Shown here: one piece after another, positions 44,926-56,925 of the stretch
Numbering within the stretch: position 1 is the stretch's first letter
Layout: each line of letters begins with the position of its first letter
From: Chrysomallon squamiferum
Lineage: Eukaryota; Animalia; Mollusca
Length of the DNA stretch: 64,000 bases
Assembly: GCA_012295275.1 (NCBI GenBank)
Contig: CM022671.1
Coordinates: 17,670,001-17,734,000 of the forward strand
Reading direction: 5' to 3'
The notes under the pieces: model-generated
What the model was told of the DNA's origin: nothing
Database searches by the model: none
The model's input: the letters and a program-made list of their open reading frames with translations, nothing else
Program-made: the position numbers and the translations under genes

Positions 44926-46779
44926 TCTCCCTCCCTCCCTCCCTCTGTATGTATGTATGTATGTATTTAGTGATACTGAAGAGATATACATTTTAAAAAT
45001 CAGTGTGAATCTTTTAATTTCATAAAACTTATATATTTTTGTAAAACAGAAGAATTGTATTTTTAATATATAGACTTTACCTGTCAGATTTTTCTGTAAG
45101 GCAGTATTCTGAGCTTGGAGACGTCTGATTTCATCTTCCAGTTTGGAATTATCTTCATTTGGCTCTGGGGTGCAACTCGATTTTTCCTGCCTTAAAAGCT
45201 GAAGTTCTTTCTCAAGCTGTTCATTGCTAGCAACTAGCTGTAACAACGTAAAAATAATTTGTAAAGGAAAAATAAAACTGATTAATAAATATGATGAAAA
45301 AAGACAAAAATCAACATATTTTATTATCTGTGGATAGAAGCACAAATAGATCATGCAAGGATTTAAATAAAATATTACTGATAAATTACTAATGATAATG
45401 ATCTGAGTAATTTCAAACTGATATTAACATAAAGAAAGTTATAAAGATGTTTTCTTTATTTCTGTGATTTTCTAAGATTTTGGGAGATGGTTAATTAAAT
45501 TATCTGCAGTTGTTTTGTATTTTTCTTTTGGAAAATGTAACAATGTGATTATAGATCATGCTTGTAATGAAAATTATATAATGTTGTCAACACCCTCCTA
45601 TTCTGAAATAGTGGACCTGTCACCACTGGATCTCACCATGGACAGTTCTGCCATCATGGTTTCATTTTGAAGCCGAAATTCCTCTTCTTGGCTCTGAAGT
45701 TTTCTTTCCAAGGCATCTGTCTCCTGTATAAGTATCTCAACTTCCTAAAACATCAAAAATGTTGGTGGATAAAAAAAAAGAACATTAAAATTAATTATCT
45801 AATAATTTAATATTCGATTTTTTTAATACTTCTTTTTATACACTTTCTTTATTTTAATAAAATCATTAAAATTAATCATCTAATAATGAAACAGTTTGCT
45901 TCATTTTAATAATACTTTTAATATTTAGTTTCTTCCTTTTAATTTTTATTATTACTATCATTACTATAATGATGATGATGATGATGATGATGATATCATT
46001 ATTATTTATTCATTTATTTATTTATTTATTTAGATATTTATTCTGATATTTTTCAAACAATCAATCTCATAGAAGAGAATGTTTCCAATTCAGCTTCATT
46101 TATGATATTTTAAAACAAAACTTTAGATTAGTAAAGATACATTTTTTAAGAACAATAAAAATGCAATTACTTACTTTAGCTTTTTTGCTTTTGGATATAG
46201 CCTGCAACAAAAAAGATGCCATGCATGTATATAATTTGAGATCTGTACTATCTACTGTGTAAAGATAATAGTAATGCTTTACATACATACATGTTCTATA
46301 TATATATATATATATGTATATATACAGAGAGAGAGAGAGAGAATGAAAGAAAGAGAGAGAGATTAGATATCTCTGTTTGCACATATGCATATGTATGTGT
46401 GTATATATAAATTAGATGTTTAATTAAAAACATACTTATTGCAGATTTTTGTTCCTCCTGATTTACAATGAAAAAGTTAGAATATTTTCAAACCTATTTA
46501 GAATATGTAAACTAATCAGAAAATATTTAATTCATACCAACTACAATCTTGATGTAATTATTTTTAATTTACCTTATTTGCTTTCTGCAATTCTTTGTCA
46601 TTGGATTCCAGTTTTTCCACACAACTCTCCAATTCTGAAAATTAGCAACTATTTTTAATTACATATCCATAAACATTATCATCATGGTTACAGTATATTG
46701 ATTTAAATACCAAATTCTTTTCGCTGTAGATAACTAGCACTGCAAGTAACTAAATCAATATATTATTTAACAAAGTAAG

Positions 46780-46815
<36 letters not shown>

Positions 46816-47607
46816 GTCACCTTTGTTCATCAAAACATGTCCTCCACTGCAATTATTCCAAACATCTAACTTATTTTTTATCTATGAGTTGCGAATTTAA
46901 CAAAAACCAAAACTGGATATAAACTGTTATATCATTCATGTTCTACATTCATAACATCAACTGACCAATGTATTGTGTCTTCACTGACATCTAAACGTTA
47001 TACAAGCTGATAATTCAAAAAATAAATTATTTATATTGAATTAATAATATTTCAACATTTGATATACCAACCTCTTTCTAGCTTTTTTATCTTTCCTTCA
47101 TATTCATAGTTAGCAGTTCTTAGTTCTATTAACTGCAACTGGAAGAACAATATTAAAGATTACCTTTTATTTCTTTTCATAAAAATTGTTTATAGAAAAT
47201 TATTTATGTAGGTTATTATTAATTTATATTAATAAATATTATATTTTAGTATAAAGAATTACTCAATTAGATATTGTCTTAGCTAATGTCTATACTTTCA
47301 CTTAAAACAAATACCGATTGATAATTTTGGGGTAACTCAAACTAACTGTCAAAATGTCTTTCTTGCATATGTTAAATTTTAATGTCATCTGACAACTGAA
47401 ATCGTAATACAAGTGTCAGTGTCACTCATCAATGCTTTGATATATCATCTACTTTTTTATTGCAAATACTTTCATTGATATTATTTATAAAAATATTCTA
47501 CATTATGCATTACATTATCTATTTTATTTCAGAATTATGCACATCAGTAATATTTATTTATATACCTGCATCCGATGAAACTCCTCCTCTGACAAGGAAG
47601 ACGCCAT
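15099..47607 (-). CDS. GRIPAP1: GRIP1-associated protein 1 (GRASP-1), coiled-coil endosomal recycling protein; 28 coding exons, about 850 aa
   Basis: Manually spliced with GT-AG introns and consistent phase, 2553 nt in total. Exons: 47566-47607, 47072-47138, 46573-46634, 46175-46201, 45637-45744, 45081-45237, 44489-44588, 43823-43890, 43074-43136, 42768-42838, 42178-42225, 41959-41990, 41267-41314, 40866-40965, 40269-40346, 39505-39735, 38652-38798, 38043-38156, 37361-37504, 36655-36729, 35999-36055, 35505-35604, 35089-35146, 29979-30045, 29410-29523, 28425-28518, 27667-27824, 15099-15221. Peptides [131 protein letters not shown] match GRIPAP1 as I recall it. Confidence 0.93.
17611..17880. 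repeat. (TG)n/(TA)n compound microsatellite
   Basis: Directly visible. Explains four overlapping spurious ORFs. Confidence 0.9.
19822..20070. repeat. Degenerate (GAT)n array with a higher-order 24-42 bp substructure
   Basis: gatgatgat runs interrupted by recurring aaaatgataat and aaacagtgatg. Explains the poly-His and poly-Ile ORFs. Confidence 0.9.
22200..22742. repeat. A/G-rich low-complexity tract with a duplicated ~45 bp block
   Basis: tcaaagatgctt..ctacaatgccattcttgaaatgaaa at ~22329-22373 and ~22695-22740, flanking a purine tract. Confidence 0.85.
25385..25550 (+). mobile_element. Degenerate SINE-like fragment
   Basis: caactggataataataaaaggtcttggt...gaaaaagaacagctcatttaatga...caggtttcctctct parallels the 9510-9760 copy. 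Confidence 0.42.
27880..28275. repeat. Degenerate intronic minisatellite
   Basis: Recurring gtagaaaaatatatctgcaatcactaataattattccatt and caattaaatttatttc units. Confidence 0.85.
31040..31235 (-). mobile_element. Degenerate SINE-like fragment (antisense)
   Basis: atgggctgctttt...catctttattatg...gcactggctggactgaaaataacataatgg...gacccc follows the reverse complement of the same recalled family. Confidence 0.45.
34200..34620. repeat. Degenerate ~33-35 bp AT-rich minisatellite
   Basis: Recurring ttttatacaagatatattaaaactgtctttaaat units. Confidence 0.8.
39724..39995. repeat. Tandem ~60-110 bp duplications of the GRIPAP1 exon 16 acceptor region
   Basis: agctgcatca...tttcacaaata recurs at ~39724, ~39836 and ~39908, and partially at ~39975. 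Confidence 0.8.
44085..44365 (-). mobile_element. Degenerate SINE-like fragment (antisense)
   Basis: gaaggaaatg..aatgttta...gatctttcatatgcacatttcacag...cacacaccac...ttaaccact follows the same antisense pattern. Confidence 0.35.
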
Positions 47608-48205
47608 TGCATCCAAAATATTAACGGGGTTTTCTTTTCTCGTTACGCTTCACTAAAATTAATGATAAATGCAATATGTTGGGAAACCATTCTACTGTTT
47701 GTTTTAACAAAACCTGAAATTTATGTAAACAACTTTGTATATTCCAAGTACAGACAAAGAAAACAAATGTATTATATAAAACATAAAATAGTATTATAAA
47801 TATTTAAAACTGATAGTATTTATCATATCAAACAGTTGGTTAACATGAAAAGTGGCATAAAATATTAATATTGTGTTTCGTTTAATACAATTATTTCAAT
47901 TTTTAATGTAACCAAAATGTCAGCGCCCATCAAACAAGCTTTCACATGATAAAATATTGAATATCTTGTGATAAAATGTATTAATGTATTATTATTTGCA
48001 ATAAAAGAGAGCATTGCAAGAATAAATAACATGGATATGTGACACTTGAATACAGACTGGTCAAAGTTAAAGTAAATACTGTTATATAAATATTTTTATT
48101 ATTGAATCGTGTTTTCAGAATTTAAAAAAATATATATAATCGTACATATTATTTAACAGTAATATCCAACATAAGTGATAACTGTTATTATTTTCAGTTG
48201 TCAAT
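47608..48205. promoter_or_regulatory. Bidirectional promoter / 5' UTR region shared by GRIPAP1 and ALG12
   Basis: Divergent start codons are about 600 bp apart. An acceptor ttttcag at 48191-48197, just before the ALG12 ATG, implies a 5' UTR exon in this interval. Confidence 0.7.
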
Positions 48206-48735
48206 ATGGAGGAGTTGATTGTGTTCCCGGTCATGCTGTTTCATTTGTATATCTGCCCATATACTAAAGTCGAGGAGAGCTTCAACATCCAAGCAATGCA
48301 TGACATTTTGAACTATAACATTAACATTTCCAGGGTATGTTTCTTTTTCTCTTTTTTTTTTTTTTTTTTTCACAGTCAGATGATCAGGGGATTGTTTTTT
48401 CCCCCACTATGATTTAAAATAATTTAATGAATGTTTTGTTTAATTTAATGTTATGTCATCTTAATAATAATAATAATAATAATAACACATCTTTAAAAAA
48501 TTTAAAAAAAACAACAAAAAACAAAGCATATAATGATATTATTATACCAAGCGTGTTAATGGTTTCTTTTTAAATTTATTTTGTTTTTTATTTTAATTTA
48601 TTATTTTTATTTTTTCTCAAATTTTTTTTTATTAAAAAACATTACTTAATTCAAACACATAACTTGAAATGGTACAAATTAAACAAAAATGCCTATGAAT
48701 TAAAAAATTTTGGGCAAGAAAAAGCAAAATGTGGG

Positions 48736-48768
<33 letters not shown>

Positions 48769-51700
48769 GTATAAAAGGTGAGCATGAAGAGGTACTAACC
48801 TAATTCTGTGTGCTTTTACATTAGCTTTTTATATTTACTTTTTTAAGTATAAAATTTGATCATTTTTAAATGATGCTCTGTCTACATTTATCTTTACTTT
48901 CAGTATGATCATTTTGAATTTCCTGGTGTTGTGCCCAGAACATTCCTTGGCCCACTTGCCATATCTGTATCAGCAGCACCATGGATTCGCTTGGTTTCTA
49001 TGGTTACGTCATCCAAATTAATTCAACAGTATATTGGTGAGTTTATCCCCAAAAACTTCTGAATATAATTCTGTTTTTAATTTTATTCAGTATGTTTGAA
49101 ATAAGAAACTGAAAAATAGTATATCATTTTTTTTATTCAATTACTATAACTGATAATTATGTAAATATAATGTAAAACGTTTTATCCTGTTAGATATGTA
49201 AGAGACAATTTTTTTAATTCAATTCCTATAGCTGATAATTATGTAAATATAATGTAAAATGTTTTATCCTGTTAGAAATGTAAGAGACAAGATGATTTGT
49301 TTATTGTAATTATCCAATAACTGAACTTTTGTACATTATTTATTTATTTATTTTGTTTATATTAAATTTAAAACAAAAAAGAGAGAACTTGTTTAAATGC
49401 TTTTAAAATACGTAAAATAAATAAGTCATACAATGATACAACTTATGTTTATTATTCTATTGAATTTGCAAGATTATGTTTTAAATTTTTTTTTTTTTTT
49501 TTTTTTCTAGTAAGAGCTGTTCTTGGTTTGTTGGTTGGAATGAGTTTTTTGTCGTTCAGCAGAGCTGTAAAGATTCGACTTGGCCATGGAGTTAAATTTT
49601 GGCTAATTTTTACCACAGTAACCCAATTTCATTTCATGTTTTACATGTCAAGACCTTTACCAAATGTGTTTGCCTTGGCTTTAGGTAAATACAAAATTTA
49701 TTAAATACCTGTTTAATTTTAAATGTATTTAAATAAATGACTCACAATTTTCGGAAATTTGTTTTATTTCCTGTATGTTTGTTAATTTACTTAAAATTAA
49801 AACAAAAGAATCTTAAACAAAGACAGTTTTAAGATCTTTATTATATTTACATATTATAAATATGAAGTATGTTGATATTTATTTCATTTAACTCTGTAAT
49901 AATTATTTTCACTTAGTATAATTATGAACTAATTTACTCTTCATAAACTTTTTTCATTTTTTTCATTTTTTGTGTACAATATATTGCTAAGTGTTTTAAA
50001 TATATATATAAAACGTGCCACATATATATTACAGTTTTATGAAAAATTCAGAATTAATTATGCTTGATTTACACATTCAAATTATTTTAAGTTTTAAATT
50101 CTGATTAGTTCTACAGGCTCTGGCATCATGGTTGAAGCAGCAGCACGTTATGTTTTTATGGTGGTCTGGAGCAGCTGTCATAATCTTCAGGTCAGAACTC
50201 GTGTTGTTCCTGGGGCTGATTGTTCTGACGGAACTTGTGTCCCGCCGATTGTCTTTGAAAGCATTTTTACTTAATGCCATACCTGCAGGTTTTGTTTTGC
50301 TGGGTGAGGAAAATAAATTTAAAATTACATAATTTATAATCACATGACTTGCAGTGGTACAAATTAAACAGAGTTGACTGCAAACTGTTACAGTTGCAAG
50401 AGAAGGATCAAGTTTACTTCATCATTGTACGCTTATCATTTTTTTGGTGTTTTTTTCAAAACCATTTCTGAATATTACACTACAAAATTATTTTAAAGAT
50501 TTATTAAATTGTATGGCAGTCAAAAATTCTGTTTTAGAATACTGGCCCAAGGTGTTAACTATTGCAGAATCAAGTTTATTTTGTACTACTATTTTCGATA
50601 TTTCCATATCCAGCCATTGTGCTATGATAGGTTGATCAGACATGTTGATGTATGTTTTCTCATCTGTTGGAGCCTGCATATAAAATGTTTTTAGCTGTCA
50701 TTATAAAGAAAAGTCAAGAGTGTAATTACAAGTTTTATGTTACTTTATCTGTGTGATCATAATCATAATATATGCATGTAAATGATTTAAAAATATGCAT
50801 CATTAATTGAAACACTTCTTCCATCTTATTAACTTTCGTTTTTCAACTCCAAAAGATAATAACCACAGACAAAATCAAATACATTATTTAATAGATGTCA
50901 AAATTGGCTAATCAATTTTGTATTTCATCATTTTTTTTTTTTTTTTAATGTCAAGTTCATTTCTGCATTTTATAAAGCTTTACTTTATTTCCCCAGGTCT
51001 TACAGTGGCTGTAGATTCATTTTTCTGGCAAAAGTTGTTATGGCCTGAAGGTCAGGTTTTCTGGTACAACACCGTTTTGAACAAAAGTTCTCACTGGGGT
51101 GTATCCTTCACTGTAATACATTATCAGTATGCAGAAATAAAGTCAGCCAGGTTTATTACCAAATTCTGTAACACTAATACATTTAGTTTAACTGATTTAT
51201 TTAACTTTTAAACCTTTTTTTTTTTTCTAAACTCTTATATGAGAATACAGATATCACAGATTATTACTAAAAAAAATGAAAATGTTATTTGATACAAAAA
51301 ATCTATGTAAGAAAGTTTACACAAAAATTAAAATTAAAATTAATAATAATAACTGTTTATTATCTTTAACTAGCATTCAGACTCTACCATTTCTGTGGTA
51401 CTTTTATAATGCTATTCCAAAAGCATTGTCATTCAGTGTTTTGCTGTTGCCCCTGGGTCTCTATATCAACCGTCAGGTGTGGACTTTAATTTGGCCAGCT
51501 TTAGGTTTTGTTTTTCTTTATTCGTTTTTACCACACAAGGAGCTTCGATTTATCATCTATGTGTTCCCGGTCTTCAGTGTGGCTATTGCTTGTGCTCTTG
51601 CAAGGCTGTAAGTATTTATACAAGTATTACTAATTCAGTGATACATATATTATTCCATTCTAATCATCAGTGTGGCCATTTCTGATTGCAGTGTTATAAG

Positions 51701-53055
51701 TATTTTTAAAAGTAATTTCATAAAATGAAAGCTATTTTCATAAAATTATTAAAAAGAGATTTTATTTTGAATTTTTATTTGTTTTGTTAATAAATGTAAA
51801 CATTTGTATTTACATCTGGAATCAGTGTGTGTCATTATTACACTGTCAGTTACTAAAGTATTCTTTCTTTTTTCATTACAGCTGGCAGAATCGTATGAAG
51901 TCACTGACCCAGTATTTACTAGCTCTGTCTGCTGTTGGATTGTTAATATGCAATGTGCTTATTACCTGTGGCTTTCTCTATGTATCCCATCACAACTATC
52001 CTGGAGGCACTGCCATGGACACATTACATCACATAGAACATGACTTCTGTACGTATTTCTTTAGTATGGATGCATTGATCAGTTGAGAACAAAAAATCCA
52101 GCATTACAGGATTTACTCATTATTGTAGCTAGTTAAATACTGAAATATGTTTTATAATAGAATAAGTTTATTTTTTTAATTCATTTCAAATTTATTGTAA
52201 TACATTGTTGTATTTTTACTTTAATTAGTTAATAATATAATCTGATACTGTTTGATATAGTTATTTATTTTTTCTGTTGTTATTAAATACTGTTTTGTTG
52301 TTTCAGTTGTAAATGTTCACATTGACGTATTCACAGCACAGACAGGAGTAACAAGATTTACTCAGAGAAATCCACACTGGCAGTAAGAATTATTATTATT
52401 ATTATTCATTTTATTATTAACAGTATTATTGTTGTTGTTGTTGTTGTGATTATTATTAATTTAGCATACATTTCACTAAATACAAATCCTAATTATGGAT
52501 ATACCAAAGCAGAATCCTCCCTCTGCAAAATTTAATTCATAAAATAATTACATAGCCATGGTTAACTGCAAAATGTAATCAGAAAAAAAAAAAACATTGT
52601 CAACAAGTTGGTGATGACAAAAAATTAATCAGTATACTCTAAATGTTTAGTTAAATAAACTAACTTTTGAAAATTCTGTTATTCTATTTTTGTTAAATAA
52701 AACAGTTTACTGAATTCACAAGTTTTCATTCCATAAAATGTAAAATATTAAGTATTTGTTAAAGTTAAAAAAAAAAAAAAATCTTATTCAACAAATTTAC
52801 AGTTAACTGAATTTTCGTTGTTTTAGGTACAATAAAACAGAAGATCTTAAGGCAGATGGGGTAGACATGTTGAGCTTCAGTCATCTCATGATAGGTGGTG
52901 TTGCTGATGATGAGCTTGAAATATATAAAAACACTCATCACATAATTAACCAAGTGAAAGCCTTTGACAGAATAAAATTAGATTTAAAACATTTTCCTCC
53001 ATTACAGCTTGTAATGAAACCTAAGCTGTGGATATTAAAACGAAATTTAAAATAA
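48206..53055 (+). CDS. ALG12: Dol-P-Man:Man7GlcNAc2-PP-Dol alpha-1,6-mannosyltransferase (GT22 family); 9 coding exons, 477 aa
   Basis: Exons 48206-48334, 48904-49036, 49511-49684, 50109-50303, 50997-51100, 51381-51607, 51882-52048, 52307-52382, 52827-53055 (1434 nt, phases consistent). Diagnostic motifs: [108 protein letters not shown]. Confidence 0.96.
49136..49290. repeat. Near-perfect tandem duplication (period about 82 bp) in ALG12 intron 2
   Basis: ttcaatt.ctata.ctgataattatgtaaatataatgtaaaa.gttttatcctgttaga.atgtaagagacaa occurs twice. Confidence 0.9.
51101..51380 (+). other. U12-type (minor spliceosome) GT-AG intron in ALG12
   Basis: The 5' splice site is GTATCCTTC. A branch-point-like TCTTTAAC at 51363-51370 lies about 10 nt before the AG at 51379-51380, with no polypyrimidine tract. 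The join ...SHWG|TLPFLWY keeps the frame. Confidence 0.88.
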
Positions 53056-53939
53056 AAAAGTATAAGTTTTCAGAGTTTTTTTTTATTCAATTAGTCTTCC
53101 GATTACTGAATTATAAAAATATATAAATAACGGGTTTTTTATTTTAAACTGATTATATGAAGATTACATATGTATAAAACCAAAACAGTAACACTTTATT
53201 CACACCCTTAATACGTATATTATATATTAATATTTTTAAACACATCCATAGCCAGTCACATGCAGTCATTAAGCATTCACACATATAAGTGGTTTTCAAA
53301 GCTTTTGGAATTTCTGATAATAGAATGACAATGTATACTGTTTATGTTTGTCAGTTTCAGTAACTAAAAAAAATGATATATTGGTATCAAATAACTCTGA
53401 TGGTGGGGGTGGGGTTTTTTTAATTATTTATACACACACTCTTATTTATTTCTGTTACACTATACTATATTATATATAATAATAATAATAATAAAAATAG
53501 TAATGTTTTAAAAAGGCGATGTACTTATGACTGAGGGTGAGACATTTCATCAAATTACGAAAATTAAGTACAAAAGCAAAAACACCCCATTAATTAGAAA
53601 TAAATTTATGTTTTATTAATGATTTAAAATTATAGGTATTTTCGTTGTTCAGCAGTTGATATATGGTTATACTCTTTTGATTAACGCATAAAGGTAACAA
53701 CGTAGGCAAGTATTTTATTTAACGATAACTAATTAAGTTTGAAAACACGATACTAAGTATCATACTTAGGAATATTTATGTACCATTTTTTGCTGTAAAA
53801 ACATTTCATCTTATAAATTAGAGTAAACATTAGTGATCAAGACAAGACAGCAACGTTGTCATACTGTATAACTGACTAATGACAAGTGTCCGAGATCTTT
53901 ATTCTATAAACCATCTTCTTAACTATGTTTGTCCCTATA

Positions 53940-53962
53940 AGTGGGGGCAGCCATTTTGAAAT
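53940..53962. promoter_or_regulatory. YY1-like motif in the putative LIAT1 promoter
   Basis: GGCAGCCATTTTG (reverse complement CAAAATGGCTGCC), about 360 bp upstream of the LIAT1 ATG in a CpG-retaining patch. Confidence 0.35.
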
Positions 53963-54319
53963 AGTCCTTCTTGGATACAACATATTAGTACGCTTCTTGA
54001 TTAACAATACTTTTGTAAATAAAAACAGTCTCTGATATATATATGTCTCTTATACAGTTGTATTTTAACTTTATAATCAGTTACAGGTGCATGTTGAATA
54101 ATCTTTTATTTATAAACTTTTCCTCAATAAACTTTGTTATATCGATACGCGGATCAACAAATGATGGTGTGTTAAGCTATATCAACACTTTTGTAAGTTC
54201 CGGAGCAACGAAAACAAGCCACATCCTGAAATTTGAGGTATTTAACCTCTGCATGGAATACATTAAGTACATAACATGTAACGAGTAAATGTCTCTTACG
54301 TATATAATATTTAAATACA

Positions 54320-55641
54320 ATGGATCCTAAAAACCAAAAACCTACCAAAAAGATTTTAAGTGAAAAGTTAAAGAAAAAGAAGAAACGAAAACAAAGAAAA
54401 CATTCTGCAAAGCCTCTAAGTCTAAAAGAGAGTAACCAGAGTCCGGATAGTGATCTTAATTTAGAAATCGAAGGAATTAATATTCTTGAAGACCTCCAGA
54501 ATGGTAAGTACAGAGTTCTGTACAGTCGTAAATACATGTTCAATTAAATCTAAAATGTATTGTAATCGTAAAATAAATAAAATACTTTATATATCATACT
54601 TCACTTATAATTAAGAATATATATATATAATATATATATTGTAAGAAATGCTATAATAAAATAAGTACTTTCTGCCATATCTATTATAAAGTGAAATGAG
54701 CCTCCTTTACTTTATTTTCATCACAAATTCACAAATTTAAATATTTATTTAGCTTTTTGGAAAATCGTTATTATTAATTTCTCTTTTATTTTTATTTTTT
54801 ATTTTTTTTTTATTTTTTATTTTTTATTTTTTCTGTGTTCGTAAGCCAATAGCTTTTAATATAAAATATTCATGGGTTATTTCTTTTTTTTTTAATAAAT
54901 AATTAATGTCTCCATAATGTTTATAAATGATGTTTATTTACAAATGCTTGTTGGGTTTTTTTGGGTGTTGTTGCAGATTCTGGTCACACCACATGCAGCA
55001 CACCAACATCATCACTGCAGTCAAGGAGATCACAGTTTGTTAATGATGTGGACTCTTCACCTGTTAGAACCAAACAGAAACACTTGAGATATTCTTCAAA
55101 CAGCAAAGAACATGTGTCTATCAGTCCTAAGAAAAATATACGCTTGGTACCTATTGACCAACTGAATAAAACAGAATTCGAACAATCGACGTTAGATAAT
55201 ATCACAAACTCCATTTCTGCTTTGTCTTTGAAAAAAAATTCTTCTAAGATTTCTAGGACAAAGGGACAAAAATCTTCTAAAGGGAAAAAGGTTGAAGCAC
55301 ACGTTTTTTACGCTTCTAGTACAACTCAGGAGATGCCCAGATCGCAAAATATTGATATTCCAAGGAAGAGTGAAAGTATGCGATGGGATGATGCACTGAG
55401 TGATTCAGATGCTGAAAGGGAGAGAATCAGACAGTATAAAATAAACAGAAGAAAGCGTTACTTAGCTGTAGCCAATTCCAAAGGTCTCAGATGGGTTCTG
55501 AATTATGGCATAAATGGTTCTCCAGTGTCGGATTCAGGAATTGAATCTCTACAAGAATCTGTTATAACTAATTTCAGTACAGTCCATTCTCTGAGAACTA
55601 GTTGCAGTCAGCCAGTTCTTCCAGAAGTTGGTTGTGCCTAG
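54320..55641 (+). CDS. LIAT1: LIAT1-like protein (ligand of arginyltransferase ATE1, C17orf97 family); 2 coding exons, 282 aa
   Basis: Exons 54320-54503 and 54977-55641 (G|AT junction, gtaagt...ttgcag). N-terminal poly-Lys tract KLKKKKKRKQRK, and C-terminal motif ESMRWDDALSDSDAERERIRQYKINRRKRY resembling the recalled Liat1 domain ([27 protein letters not shown]). Confidence 0.8.
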
Positions 55642-56342
55642 AAATGGTGAGAGAGAAAAAAGGTTTAAATTCCTGTTAGATCATCAATACTGCATTGATG
55701 CAGTTAAAAAAATACACGCATTTTACATAATTTAAGAAGAGGAAGAATGTGTCCTTTATTTTAGTTCCCATTTCAATCTTAGTCATGATGTGTGAATTCT
55801 AAAACGATGTCATATTTAAAATGTACGTGGCCTAAAGATATTTATTTAGTATGCATTTGTTTTTATTGTTTCTTTTTTGTGAGTTTTACAGTTGTTACAT
55901 GTGTTGTAGTTCAAAATATAATGCTACACAACATATCAAAGAAGAAATACATTAAGTGATAGTTCTGTTCAAGACAGAATCAGTTAAATGAGTTATGAAT
56001 TTTGTTGTTTATTTATTTCTAAATCAAAGTGAAAAATTTAATAATGACAGTGACGTGGCCTTTGGTCAGCATAGAATGTTATTCTGAAATTATTTCATGT
56101 TGATGTTTCTAATAATGGCACACAGAAAAAAATGATCATGATACATTATAAAGTTACAGATTTTTAGAAATCTGTAAAATCATTTTTATCTTGGAACATT
56201 AGAATTATAAATGATTTATTGACAAATGACTTTTGACAAGGTAGTTTTTACATAAGTAAGACCAATCCATCAAGCTAAATAAAGCAATCAGTAGTTTTAT
56301 TTATTTTATTTGTACTGTAGTTTATTGAGTGAAGTGAACACA

Positions 56343-56384
<42 letters not shown>

Positions 56385-56857
56385 GTCATATTATAAAGTT
56401 GTGTGAAAGGGGCTGATAAAGATAGTGGAAGATTTGGTATCAGTGAGCTACTGTGCAAGAATCTTGTGCTAGGTGTTTTCTCATTTTATTTTCATTTAAT
56501 TGGAGTCCAGTCTGAATTGTCCCAAAAATGTGCTTTTGGTAAAGGACTGTTTGACAACAAACCACATTTCATGTATGTACCTCATTTTGTCAGTGGCATT
56601 ATTTGTGTTCATATTGGTATAAATCTAATAATATTGGCCCAAATTCATTAAAAAAAATTAATAAAACTTTCTAAATTGATATTTATTAGATGGTAATCAG
56701 GAACAAGCCATTTAAAGAGTATTAGTATCCAACATGATTTAGAAAGTAACTTATAAATTAAAGATACACTTGAACAATTAGCTGTAGAAAAAACACCTAA
56801 GTTAAAGGGTTACTTCTATTAGAATAATGTTTTATGATTTTGTATCAGTTTACATTT

Positions 56858-56925
56858 TTTTCATTTTTAATTTAAGATAATATTATTTCATTTTTAATTT
56901 AAGATAATATTATTTCATTTTTATT
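56858..56925. repeat. 27-bp tandem repeat
   Basis: tttcatttttaatttaagataatatta occurs twice plus a partial copy. Confidence 0.85.
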
